A stretch of DNA of 64,000 nucleotides, from NCBI GenBank assembly GCA_023399095.1, contig JAEWQS010000189.1, positions 16,243-80,242 on the forward strand, read 5' to 3'. A program made the position numbers and the translations under genes. This document shows, piece after piece, positions 46,987 to 56,532 of the stretch; within the stretch, counting starts at the first letter, position 1; each line of letters opens with the position of its first letter. This stretch comes from Bacillota bacterium (GTDB lineage: Bacteria; Bacillota; Clostridia; Christensenellales; SZUA-584). The notes under the pieces were generated by a model. The model was given only the letters and a program-made list of their open reading frames with translations. It searched no databases and was not told the DNA's origin.

Positions 46987-48081
46987 TTAAAAATCGGACT
47001 TGAACGATAAAAGCCTTTTGAAGAATCCTGCAATTTTCCTAAAGCAGGATTTTTCTATACCAACAATCTGTTTGCGGCATGCGTCAAGATCTTCTTTGGT
47101 TTGTTCATAATCTGAAACGCGTTTTTTTAAATTTTCGATAATGGATTCCATGCCTGCAAGAATCTTTTCCAGATATGCGTATTGGTATGGCTGCGGATTT
47201 GTATACTTAAGAGAAATGGGTTCTTTTAAAAAATCGGTACGGAACGGTTCTGTTTCAACGGGCTCCTGTGAATCAACGTCCGTTTCAAAAATCCCGGAAT
47301 AAAACAGGCTAAAGCGCCTGACCAGCTTAGAATCTGCCAATTGTAATTTTTTAATTGCATCATACATGATGTTCCAATGCAGTCCGCAATTGTTTCTGTT
47401 TAAGGAAGCTTTATAATTCAGCTCTCCGATAATGACTTTTGCCAACATCTGTTCGACGCTTCTGAAAGGATAGTGCGCCGAAAGAAGACTGGCCGAAAGC
47501 TCTGTGTTGGGATGCGGATCCGCATCGAATTCAATGTGATGGTGGCCGATGCTTATTTTTGCTCGGCTGCCAAAGTAGAGCTTTCTGCTCAAAAGAGTTT
47601 TGACCATTCGCTTTTCCTTTGGATTTCGGAGGAATGACTGGAATTGATACGGCATAAAAACGGAACGATCGGATGGAGGCTCTTCGAAGATATAGGTTCG
47701 GGAGTAGATCCGGTAATCAACGGATTCATCCAATTTTTCGATCTCGACTCTTGGATCTGAATAATCCGGGCAAAACAAAAATTCATCCGCATCCAGAGGT
47801 ATGACCCAGTCGGCTCCGCGTTCTTCAAACGCCATCCGGGCAAGATCGTTAAAAACATCAAATTGATATCTGCCAAAATCGCTTGTGCCGGACAGCGGTG
47901 TTTCAAAAGGGACTATTTGCAAGCCTTCTGTAATCAACTGTTTTATAATCCAGCCGGTGTGATCCACGCTGTTGTCGTCCCTGATCAACAGGCCGTCGCA
48001 ATATTGCAAGGTGTATCTGCAGAAGGATTCAATGATATCTTCCTCATTTCTTACCATTGAAACCGCCCATATATTTTTCAT
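46987..48081 (-). CDS. Glycosyltransferase family 2-like protein with a C-terminal helical region
   Basis: The N-terminus WAVSMVRNEEDII...DDNSVD and the DxD context VIPLDADEF match GT2. Lower GC than its neighbours. Confidence 0.65.
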   Translation of the reverse strand: MKNIWAVSMVRNEEDIIESFCRYTLQYCDGLLIRDDNSVDHTGWIIKQLITEGLQIVPFETPLSGTSDFGRYQFDVFNDLARMAFEERGADWVIPLDADEFLFCPDYSDPRVEIEKLDESVDYRIYSRTYIFEEPPSDRSVFMPYQFQSFLRNPKEKRMVKTLLSRKLYFGSRAKISIGHHHIEFDADPHPNTELSASLLSAHYPFRSVEQMLAKVIIGELNYKASLNRNNCGLHWNIMYDAIKKLQLADSKLVRRFSLFYSGIFETDVDSQEPVETEPFRTDFLKEPISLKYTNPQPYQYAYLEKILAGMESIIENLKKRVSDYEQTKEDLDACRKQIVGIEKSCFRKIAGFFKRLLSFKSDF

Positions 48082-48353
48082 TTTTATCTCCTTCGTTGGC
48101 TTTGCTTATTCACATTGTTTATAGTTCCAGATATTAATCCAGACAGGCCTAACCCTGGATATCCATCCATAATCAATGTATTCTTATGCTTTCGGTCATA
48201 TATGTGTGTATTTTCTATGAAAGTACGAAAGAATATAATTCCAACAAATTCGATACGTCTTCAAGGCAGCTTTGCGCATATTGCATATTGATATATGTTA
48301 CGATATATTATTCTATGTAATCATCTTATTTTTCATAGCTGAGAGGTATAAAT

Positions 48354-49175
48354 ATGGCGAAAAGAGACGGGCGCGTTGTAAAGGTGCATGCATTGAACGC
48401 GATGTTTCCCTATATGATGCGCAGCAGGACAGAATCACTCGTTTATTTCAGTACAGCTCTCGATGTTGAAAACCTATTAGCATACATCGATAAAAAGAAA
48501 GCCGAAGGCGTCGAGCTCAAATTTTTTCAGTTGTTTGTTGCCTCCATTGTGAAGCTCTTAAAGGAGCGTCCGCACCTCAATCGGTTCGTATCGGGCAGGA
48601 AACTATATCAACGTAACGATATCAAGGTGTCTTTCATCGCTAAGAAGGCGGCCTCGGACGAAAGCGAGGAGACAAATGTCTCGCTCACTTTCAACGAAAA
48701 AACGGCTTTTCAGGATGTCATAGACAAGCTCAAAAGGGACATCAAAGTTGCCAAGTCTGATAATGAGAAGAAGGACGACGACGCAGTGATCGAAACGCTC
48801 ATGAAGCTGCCGCGTTTCTTGCTGCGTATGCTTTTCGCGTTTTTGCGCTGGATGGATTTTTATTTCAATATGCCCAAAATGTTTGCGGATGTGGACCCGC
48901 TGCGCTGCAGCGTTTATATTGCCAATCTTGGGAGCATCGGTATTCAGGCGCCGTTCCACCACCTGTTTGAATGGGGGAACTGCTCTATGTTTATCGCCAT
49001 CGGTAGAATTGGGTACATACCCGTGGCGCTGGAGGACGGTACGCTGACTTCCAGAAAAATGGTTGAGGTGAAAGTCACGTTGGACGAACGGATCGCTGAT
49101 GGTTTTTACTTTGCGCGCTCCCTTGAGCTCATGGAAAGTTACCTAAAGAATCCGGAATGCCTTGAGACTTTGTGA
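48354..49175 (+). CDS. Stand-alone 2-oxoacid-dehydrogenase E2 / CAT-fold acyltransferase-like protein
   Basis: 273 aa with no lipoyl domain. The C-terminal motif reads LDERIADG where E2 enzymes have DHRxxDG. Confidence 0.6.
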   Translation: MAKRDGRVVKVHALNAMFPYMMRSRTESLVYFSTALDVENLLAYIDKKKAEGVELKFFQLFVASIVKLLKERPHLNRFVSGRKLYQRNDIKVSFIAKKAASDESEETNVSLTFNEKTAFQDVIDKLKRDIKVAKSDNEKKDDDAVIETLMKLPRFLLRMLFAFLRWMDFYFNMPKMFADVDPLRCSVYIANLGSIGIQAPFHHLFEWGNCSMFIAIGRIGYIPVALEDGTLTSRKMVEVKVTLDERIADGFYFARSLELMESYLKNPECLETL

Positions 49176-49189
49176 GTGAGGTGGATTAA

Positions 49190-50923
49190 ATGGATAATGG
49201 AATATACAGAGGAAACAGAATCAAGAAGCCATGGCTGAAATTATACGGAGACATTCCCGAATTTACGGAAGTCCCCGACCTGACGATGTACGAGCTGCTA
49301 CGGGATACCGCGCTGAAATATCCAAGCAAGACCGCCATCGGCTACATGGGAGCGAAGATATCTTTTGGAAAGCTTCTGTCAATGATCGACCAATGCGCCG
49401 CTTCTTTTTCGGCCTACGGGATCAAGCCGGGCCAATGCGTATTGCTTTCGATGCCAAACATCCCAAATGCGCTCTTCCTTTTTTATGCATTAAATAAGAT
49501 CGGGGCACGCGTCGCCATGACACACCCCCTTTACACCGCAAGTGAGCTTGCGCATTTTGTCAAGGAGACAGACAGCGTCTGGTGCGTCACGGTGGACATG
49601 TTCTACGACCGATTCAAGGATATCCTTCGCTCAGACCAAAAGCTTCTCGTTACGAAGATATCGGACTTCCTGCCCGGTTCCAAGAAGGTGCTTTTTAATA
49701 TCATGAAAGGCAGCAAGCTCCCCGAAGACGACAGGGTGGTTTTCTGGAAGGACTTCCTTAAGAAAACCAACGGGGCAGAATCCCCTTACGAGCGGGACAT
49801 CAATCCCAAGGACGGTGCGGTCGTGCTGTTTTCCGGCGGTACGACGAACATGCCCAAGGGCATACTGTTGTCCTCCTACAATTTCAACGCGCTATCGGCG
49901 ATCATCGCTCCTTTCGCTGAGTTCACCAAGGACGACAGCGTCATCGCGATCCTTCCGGTCTTTCACGGATTCGGCCTTGGGATTTGCATACACTCGATTC
50001 TTTGCAACGGCGGAACGATTTTCCTTGAACCCAAGTTCGGCACGAAGATTTACATCGACAGCTTAAGGAAGCATCAGCCGACGTTCATCGCGGGCGTGCC
50101 CACAATGTTTGAGGCCATGCTGCGAGATAAGAATTTTGACAAGGTTCGCTTCGACCGCTTAAAGGCCATTTACAGCGGCGGCGACAGCTTATCTCCGGAG
50201 CTCAAGGCGCGTTTTGACGAGCGGCTCAAAAGCCAAGGCAGCAAGGTAGAGCTTGCTGAAGGGTACGGCCTCACTGAAACCGTGACAGGCTGTGTGCTGA
50301 CACCTCCCAATCTTTATCGGAAGGGCGCTATAGGCATTCCCATGCCGGGCATGCTCGCCAAGATTGTGGATATGGAGACAAAGGAAGAGCTGCCATATGG
50401 CGAGGCCGGAGAAATCGCGCTTTCTGGCCCCACGCTGATGCTGGAATACATAAACAACCCCGAGGAAACCGACAAGACCATCCGGACGGACGAAAACGTC
50501 ATTAGATGGCTCTATACAGGCGACATCGGTTTCATGGATGAAGACGGTTACCTTTATTTTAAAAGCAGGGAGAAGCGCATGCTCAAGGTATCCGGCGTGA
50601 ACGTTTATCCCATGCAGGTGGAGCAAGTGCTCGAAGCGCATGAGCTTGTGTTCAGGTCGTGCGTTGTGGGCGTGCCGGACGATTATCAGATGACAAGCGT
50701 CAAGGCATACGTCGTTCTGGAGGACCCGTCGCTGGCTTCGGACGAAACCAAGAAGGTTCTTTTGAAGCACTGTAGCAAGCACCTTATTAAATGGAGCGTG
50801 CCGCGTGCCATTGAGTTTCGCGACAAGCTTCCGACCACGCTTGTGGGCAAGGTGGAGTACAGCACGCTGGAAAAATCCCGTATAACGGCTGAGGACTTAG
50901 CGCTTGAGGGTGCCGACGCGTAA
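49190..50923 (+). CDS. AMP-dependent synthetase/ligase (acyl-CoA ligase)
   Basis: AMP-binding signature LFSGGTTNMPKGILLS, plus EGYGLTET and YTGDIG. Confidence 0.88.
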   Translation: MDNGIYRGNRIKKPWLKLYGDIPEFTEVPDLTMYELLRDTALKYPSKTAIGYMGAKISFGKLLSMIDQCAASFSAYGIKPGQCVLLSMPNIPNALFLFYALNKIGARVAMTHPLYTASELAHFVKETDSVWCVTVDMFYDRFKDILRSDQKLLVTKISDFLPGSKKVLFNIMKGSKLPEDDRVVFWKDFLKKTNGAESPYERDINPKDGAVVLFSGGTTNMPKGILLSSYNFNALSAIIAPFAEFTKDDSVIAILPVFHGFGLGICIHSILCNGGTIFLEPKFGTKIYIDSLRKHQPTFIAGVPTMFEAMLRDKNFDKVRFDRLKAIYSGGDSLSPELKARFDERLKSQGSKVELAEGYGLTETVTGCVLTPPNLYRKGAIGIPMPGMLAKIVDMETKEELPYGEAGEIALSGPTLMLEYINNPEETDKTIRTDENVIRWLYTGDIGFMDEDGYLYFKSREKRMLKVSGVNVYPMQVEQVLEAHELVFRSCVVGVPDDYQMTSVKAYVVLEDPSLASDETKKVLLKHCSKHLIKWSVPRAIEFRDKLPTTLVGKVEYSTLEKSRITAEDLALEGADA

Positions 50924-51004
50924 TGAGGGCGCGGTGATATAGAATCAAACATTTAAAATATAAAGGTTGTATCTAAAAGAAAATTGATTAAAAAGGCAGA
51001 AAAT

Positions 51005-51030
51005 AAGCGGAAGTAAAGCTACTTCCGCTT
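51005..51030 (+). terminator. Hairpin after the acyl-CoA ligase gene
   Basis: 10-bp stem aagcggaagt / acttccgctt. A near-copy of its 3' half recurs at about 51185-51205, on the other side of the repeat element. Confidence 0.4.
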
Positions 51031-51183
51031 CAGACTGTCAAAAAAGTCTTTAAATATAATTCGTGGACAAGACGGGCTGTGCCCGCGCAGCCCACACCTT
51101 GCGGTTTTGCGCAGTTTCGAATCTATGAGGCACAAGCAAAACCGGAAAACTGGCGGAAAACCGTAGGTATTTCGACAAGCTCA
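51031..51183. repeat. Dispersed intergenic repeat, short copy
   Basis: Long blocks are shared with 58018..58245: ttaaatataat..g.caagacgggct, cgcgca(a)gcccacaccttg, and ttttgcgcagtttc.aa.tctatgagg.acaagcaaaaccgg.aaactggcgg.aaaccgtaggt.tttcgacaa.ct. Confidence 0.85.
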
Positions 51184-51232
51184 AGAAGTAAAGCTGCCTC
51201 CGCTTATTCCTTAATACAAAGAGAATCAACAA

Positions 51233-51601
51233 TTACTTTTTCTCGAAAAACTGTACATTCAAGCCATTGGGATCTTTAATGCAGAAAAACTTGAAAGCAG
51301 GCGTTTCAAACGGTCCGCTGTGTAGGGATGTGTTTTTGCTTTTTACCGTATCCAGCATGACATCAACAGAATCGACAGCAAAACCAATTGATATGGATTC
51401 ACCGAAGCTGACTGTGCTTTTATTGCTGTCCGCCATGAGCTCAACCAATGTTTCATTGTCATTGCCATTGCCCATAAAAGCGATTTCCATTCCAGGCCCT
51501 GCAGGAAAGCGCTGCAATACTTGAAGCCCTACCAGGCTGGAATAAAATGAGATCGATTCCTCCAAATTCTTCACGTACATTGTGGTCCATAAAAATTTCA
51601 T
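51233..51601 (-). CDS. VOC/glyoxalase-family protein
   Basis: ATG 51601 (MKFLWTTMYVKNLEESISFY) sits 7 nt after ggagga. The upstream ATG 51616 has no RBS. Confidence 0.75.
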   Translation of the reverse strand: MKFLWTTMYVKNLEESISFYSSLVGLQVLQRFPAGPGMEIAFMGNGNDNETLVELMADSNKSTVSFGESISIGFAVDSVDVMLDTVKSKNTSLHSGPFETPAFKFFCIKDPNGLNVQFFEKK

Positions 51602-51721
51602 GTTTTCTTCCTCCATTATTGTATCAATTTTTAAAATTGTTTTATGGAATTATGATAATACAAGTTTTATAATGTAAATAGGTGTGAAATTATACTAGTA
51701 TAAATTGTAATAGACAGGATA

Positions 51722-52567
51722 GTGACGATTTTGAATAACGATAAGCATCGGTACAAAGAACTGGCTGATTTTCTAAAAACGCGAAGAGCAAGAGTCTTGC
51801 CTTCGCAGGTGGGGCTTCCATCGGCAGCGCGTCGGCGAACGCCCGGCCTGCGAAGAGAGGAAGTCGCTCAATTGGCATGTGTGAGCATCACGTGGTATAC
51901 ATGGCTTGAGCAAGGGAGGGACATTCATGTGTCTGCTCAAGTTATAGATAGTCTGTCTAAGGTTTTATTGCTTGATAAACAAGAACGTATCCATCTTTAT
52001 CTTTTAGCGAATCTGCCGCTTCCGGCAGATATCCCCGAATACCAAGGAACCGTCAGCCCAATTTTGCAGCATGTTCTGGATAGCTTGGTGCTCTGCCCGT
52101 CGCTCGTGACAGATCAGCGATGGAACGTCATTGCGTGGAACGAAGCCGCAAGCCTTCTTTTCGGTGATTTTAGTCAAATGAACGCTCGTAGGCGAAATAT
52201 CGTTTGGGCCATGTTCACAGAAAATGTGTATAAACAGCTTTTTGTCGATTGGGATCTGCATGCCAAGGGTTTGCTGGGACGGTTTCGCGCAACATGCGGG
52301 CAATATATCGAGGATTCTTGGCTCGCTCAGTTTATTGATGATCTTAAAATGCAAAGTCCGGAGTTTAATCTATGGTGGTCTTTGCATGAAATTGAAAGCA
52401 ATAGTGAAAAGTACAAGCAATTGAATCATCCTTCTGCGGGTCTGTTGGATTTTGAAGTGTGTAATTTTGACGTTTCAGATAATTCAGGCTTAAAAATGAT
52501 TGTGCACACGTCTTTAACTGGAACAGATACTGCCGCAAAAATGAAACGACTATTGGATTTAAAATAA
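51722..52567 (+). CDS. XRE-HTH / MmyB-like transcriptional regulator
   Basis: N-terminal HTH (LRREEVAQLACVSITWYTWLEQGR) followed by an MmyB-type ligand-binding region. Divergent from the VOC gene. Confidence 0.75.
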   Translation: MTILNNDKHRYKELADFLKTRRARVLPSQVGLPSAARRRTPGLRREEVAQLACVSITWYTWLEQGRDIHVSAQVIDSLSKVLLLDKQERIHLYLLANLPLPADIPEYQGTVSPILQHVLDSLVLCPSLVTDQRWNVIAWNEAASLLFGDFSQMNARRRNIVWAMFTENVYKQLFVDWDLHAKGLLGRFRATCGQYIEDSWLAQFIDDLKMQSPEFNLWWSLHEIESNSEKYKQLNHPSAGLLDFEVCNFDVSDNSGLKMIVHTSLTGTDTAAKMKRLLDLK

Positions 52568-52616
52568 ATTAAAGCAAGTATTGGAGGCCGCCATAATCAA
52601 AGATTTCCCCGATTTT

Positions 52617-52941
52617 ATGAAAAATGATAAGAACCGCGTCCCCGGCAACGCGCAAAACACGCAGGATATTGAAGGATATTATTATGAAGGGCTTGGAGGC
52701 GGTCGGATGGCTTTCTGGACTTGCCATTCAGATAGAGAGTCAAAAAAAACACAGACGTGATTTTGACGAATACACCGTCATCGTGTCCGGACAGTACACT
52801 GCCTGCTTTGAGGACAAGGAGGTTGTCCTTAACCCGGGGGATGAGCTGTTTGTTCCCGCAGGAACGCTGCAGTGGGGCAGGTGTATCGCCGGAACACGGT
52901 CGATCCATGCCTTCGGAGGCAAAAGAATAAAAACAGATTAA
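52617..52941 (+). pseudogene. Small cupin gene interrupted by a frameshift at an A8 run
   Basis: The frame from ATG 52617 (MKNDKNRVPGNAQNTQDIEGYYYEGLGGGRMAFWTCHSDRESKK) stops at 52758-52760. The cupin core (HRRDFDEYTVIVSGQYTA...GDELFVPAGTLQWG) continues in the +1 frame to 52941. Removing one A from 52742-52749 fuses the two. Confidence 0.55.
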
Positions 52942-52971
52942 ACTGCATCATTTTATTGTGAGGTTTTGTTT

Positions 52972-54066
52972 ATGAGAAGATACGGTCTGGACTGGCTCAG
53001 AATTTTTGTTGTGTTTCTGTTGTTTCCGTTCCACACCGCAAGGGTATTCGATTCGTGGGAGCCAAACTATGTGAAGGATGCCACAAATGCGTTCTCGACA
53101 TGGTTCGTCGCAGGTATCGGGTTCTGGTTTATGGCACTGCTTTTTGTGATTGCGGGTTTTTCAACGTTCCATGCGCTGCAAAAACGTACGGTCAAAGAAT
53201 ATATAAAGGAACGTATGCTGCGCCTTCTTGTGCCGCTGTTGTTTGGCATTGTGCTGATCGTGCCTGTGCAGGGCTACTTCGCCAGCCTGCAGCACGAAGG
53301 CTTCACCGGAGGTTACATACAGTTTCTCGCGCAGTATTTTACCGATTTCCATGATCTTTCCGGCTACACCGGCGGTTTCACCCCTGCGCATTTATGGTTC
53401 ATCCTATATCTGTTTGTGATCAGTTTGTGTCTGCTGCCGCTGCTGCTGCGCCTTCGCGCTCCCAAGGAGAGCGGTTTCGTAAAAACATGGGTGCTGCTTC
53501 TCGCGTTTGTGCCGATGACGGCTGCCGAAGCGCTGCCAGCCATAGGGGGTAAAAACCCTTTCTTCTTTGCGTTGCTGTTCATGTTCGGCTTCTTAATCGC
53601 CCGCTCAAGTGGTGTGATGGAAAAGGTGCGCCGCATGCGCTTTTGGACGCTGGCCGCGGCAATCGTGCTTTCGCCTGTGTATATTGTGCTCGCCAGCTCG
53701 CTCGGCTGGCCGGACGGCATTAATCTGCTTGCGGGCGGCGTTGCGCTGCTCCGCAACCTTTGCGTGTGGCTCACGATACTTGCTTTGATGGGTCTTGCGG
53801 ACATGTACATTAATAAGCCGTCGCCTGCTCTGTCTTATTTCAATAATGCATCATACCCAGTCTATGTGCTTCATCAATCCGTGATGATGATTTTGGCGTA
53901 CTATATTGTCTCAACCGACCTATCACCTGCTGCGAAATTTCTTGCGATCATGCTGGGAACGTTGGCGGCGTGTATTGCGTTTTATGAGGCGTTTCGCCGC
54001 TTCGCGCCCACGCGATTTATTCTCGGCATCAAAAAACCATCGGTGCAGGTTCAGAAACAGCAATAA
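52972..54066 (+). CDS. Acyltransferase family 3 (OpgC/OafA-like) integral membrane protein
   Basis: MRRYGLDWLRIFVVFLLFPFHTARVF N-terminus and about 10 hydrophobic segments. Confidence 0.75.
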   Translation: MRRYGLDWLRIFVVFLLFPFHTARVFDSWEPNYVKDATNAFSTWFVAGIGFWFMALLFVIAGFSTFHALQKRTVKEYIKERMLRLLVPLLFGIVLIVPVQGYFASLQHEGFTGGYIQFLAQYFTDFHDLSGYTGGFTPAHLWFILYLFVISLCLLPLLLRLRAPKESGFVKTWVLLLAFVPMTAAEALPAIGGKNPFFFALLFMFGFLIARSSGVMEKVRRMRFWTLAAAIVLSPVYIVLASSLGWPDGINLLAGGVALLRNLCVWLTILALMGLADMYINKPSPALSYFNNASYPVYVLHQSVMMILAYYIVSTDLSPAAKFLAIMLGTLAACIAFYEAFRRFAPTRFILGIKKPSVQVQKQQ

Positions 54067-54090
54067 CATTAATCTAAGGAGGAATGTGGG

Positions 54091-56502
54091 ATGAGCAAGG
54101 CGCGGGATATCGTGAAAATGATGACCAACCAAGAGAAAGCGTTGCTATTGTCAGGAGAAGATTTTTGGCATCTCGTTACGTTCGAAAAATACGGCTTGCC
54201 GCGCATCATGGTGGCGGATGGGCCGCACGGCCTTCGCAAGCAGCCGGATAAGGAAGATCATCTGGGACAGAACGGAAGCGTTCCGGCGACATGCTTTCCT
54301 CCTGCGTGCACAACCGCATGCTCGTTTGATGAAGAACTGATTTACAAGATGGGTGAGGCCTTGGCTGAAGAATGCCACGATCAGGGCATATCGGTGCTGC
54401 TGGGGCCAGGCGCAAACCATAAGCGAAGCCCGCTGTGCGGCAGGAACTTTGAATACTTCTCGGAAGACCCCGTGCTCACGGGCGCAATGGCGGCGTCATT
54501 CGTCAAGGGTGTGCAGAGCAAAAATATCGGCACAAGCCTCAAACACTTCGCCTGCAACAGTCAGGAATATGCGCGCTTTCTGTCGGACAGCATAGTGGAC
54601 GAGCGGGTACTGCGAGAAATCTATCTGAAGTCGTATGAAACGGTCGTGAAGAAAAGCCAGCCTTGGACGATTATGACCGCTTATAACAAAATAAACGGCA
54701 CCTACTGTTCCGAAAACAAGTGGCTGATGGAGGATGTGGCACGAGGCGAGTGGGGCTTTGAAGGTTTATTTGTCACGGACTGGGGCGCGATGCATGACCC
54801 CGTCGAATCATATAAGAACGGGCAGGAGCTGGAGATGCCGGGCGGCTGCAAGGGCACAGATAAGCTTGTGCTGGCCGCGGTCGAAAACGGACAGCTCTCT
54901 CAGCAGACGCTGGATGAGCATGTTGTTCGTATCGTTCAGCTGATATTAAAGAGCTCCGAAGCCAAGAAGCAAAACGTGGTTTGCGACATGGCCGCGCATT
55001 TAAAACTGGCTCAACATATCGCGGAGGAATCTGCGGTGTTGCTCAAAAACGACGCGCTGCTGCCTTATAAACCCAAAGGCAGGTTTGCGGTGATCGGCAA
55101 CATGGCTAAGCATCCGCGGTATCAGGGCGCCGGCAGCAGCAAGATCAACCCGTATGAGCTGGATAACGCATACGACGCGTTTGCAGCGCTCGACCTTGAT
55201 TTTGAATATGCCGATGGATACAAGCGCTGCGCGACGGAGCCAGACGACGCGCTGATCCTTGAGGCGGTGAACACGGCAAATGACAAGGAGATCGTGTTTG
55301 TGTTTGCGGGTCTGCCGGACAGCTACGAATCCGAAGGGTACGACCGCGACACCCTTGATATGCCGCCAGCTCACAACAAGCTCATTGAAGCCGTGGCGGC
55401 TGTCAACAAAAATGTGGTGGTGGTGCTTCAATGCGGCAGCGCGGTGACGATGCCATGGAAGGACAAAGTGAAGGCGATTCTGCTTACCTATCTCGGCGGC
55501 TGTCAGGGCGGCAAAGCGGCGGTGAATCTGCTGCTCGGGATTGCCAATCCTTCGGGCAAGCTCGCGGAAACCTTTCCGCTCAAGCTTTCGGATACACCCT
55601 GTTATAAGCATTTTGCCAATGACAAGCTCATCGCACAGTATAGAGAGAGCATTTTCACGGGCTACCGCTATTATGATGCCGCTCAAAAAGAGGTGCTTTT
55701 CCCGTTTGGCCACGGCCTGAGTTACACGACGTTTGCGTATTCTGATTTGCAGCTAAGCAGCCAAAGCATATCCGACACAGAGAAATTGACCGTCACATTG
55801 AAGGTTAAAAACTGCGGAGAGACTTCGGGCAAGGAAACGGTTCAGCTATATGTCTCACATAAAAACCCGTCCGTATTTAAGGCGGTAAAAGAATTAAAAG
55901 CGTTCAGAAAAATTGCGCTGGCGGCGGGAGAAGAAAAGGAAGTTAAGTTTGAGCTGGGTGCCGAAGCATACAACTATCACAATGTTCGCATTCATGACTG
56001 GCATGTGGAAAGCGGCGACTATGAGATGCTTGTCGGCGCATCCAGCAGGGACATACGGCTGAATGCGCCGGTGCATATAACCTCAACCACCGAATATGAA
56101 GCGCCTGATTACCGCAGTATCGCGCCGTCATACTATTCTTTACCGCATACAGATGGGATACTGGACTTGTCGCAAAACGAGTTTTTGGCTTTGGTGGGCA
56201 AGCCACTTCCGGAGAAGCGGGCGGTGCGGCCATTTCATCTCAATTCGCCTGTGTTCGAGCTGCGATCAACGTTGTTCGGTAAGATTTTTGTTTTCTTTGC
56301 CAAAAGGATTGGAACGAAGTCGTTGGTGATCAGTGAAGGCGATGATGTGGAAAAGATGGTGGACGCCACGATAATGGATATGCCGCTGCGTGCAATCGGC
56401 ATGTCGGGTGATTTTACGCGTGATCAGATCGATGGTCTTGCGGAGATGCTCAACGGACAATTGATAAAGGGGCTTAAGCTCTTAATAAGGAAACAAAAGT
56501 AG
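54091..56502 (+). CDS. Glycoside hydrolase family 3 beta-glucosidase/xylosidase-like enzyme
   Basis: 803 aa. DGPHGLR, the nucleophile context GLFVTDWGA, a C-terminal alpha/beta sandwich and an Fn3-like domain (VQLYV). Confidence 0.88.
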   Translation: MSKARDIVKMMTNQEKALLLSGEDFWHLVTFEKYGLPRIMVADGPHGLRKQPDKEDHLGQNGSVPATCFPPACTTACSFDEELIYKMGEALAEECHDQGISVLLGPGANHKRSPLCGRNFEYFSEDPVLTGAMAASFVKGVQSKNIGTSLKHFACNSQEYARFLSDSIVDERVLREIYLKSYETVVKKSQPWTIMTAYNKINGTYCSENKWLMEDVARGEWGFEGLFVTDWGAMHDPVESYKNGQELEMPGGCKGTDKLVLAAVENGQLSQQTLDEHVVRIVQLILKSSEAKKQNVVCDMAAHLKLAQHIAEESAVLLKNDALLPYKPKGRFAVIGNMAKHPRYQGAGSSKINPYELDNAYDAFAALDLDFEYADGYKRCATEPDDALILEAVNTANDKEIVFVFAGLPDSYESEGYDRDTLDMPPAHNKLIEAVAAVNKNVVVVLQCGSAVTMPWKDKVKAILLTYLGGCQGGKAAVNLLLGIANPSGKLAETFPLKLSDTPCYKHFANDKLIAQYRESIFTGYRYYDAAQKEVLFPFGHGLSYTTFAYSDLQLSSQSISDTEKLTVTLKVKNCGETSGKETVQLYVSHKNPSVFKAVKELKAFRKIALAAGEEKEVKFELGAEAYNYHNVRIHDWHVESGDYEMLVGASSRDIRLNAPVHITSTTEYEAPDYRSIAPSYYSLPHTDGILDLSQNEFLALVGKPLPEKRAVRPFHLNSPVFELRSTLFGKIFVFFAKRIGTKSLVISEGDDVEKMVDATIMDMPLRAIGMSGDFTRDQIDGLAEMLNGQLIKGLKLLIRKQK

Positions 56503-56532
56503 CAGCAATTAACAGCCTTTGGGGAGGACGAA

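Noticed and set aside
51079-51279. 66-aa ORF, and its counterpart at 57993-58223, inside the dispersed repeat copies
   Set aside because: The shared peptide is interrupted by a stop in copy B, there is no RBS, and the similarity is better explained at the nucleotide and structure level.
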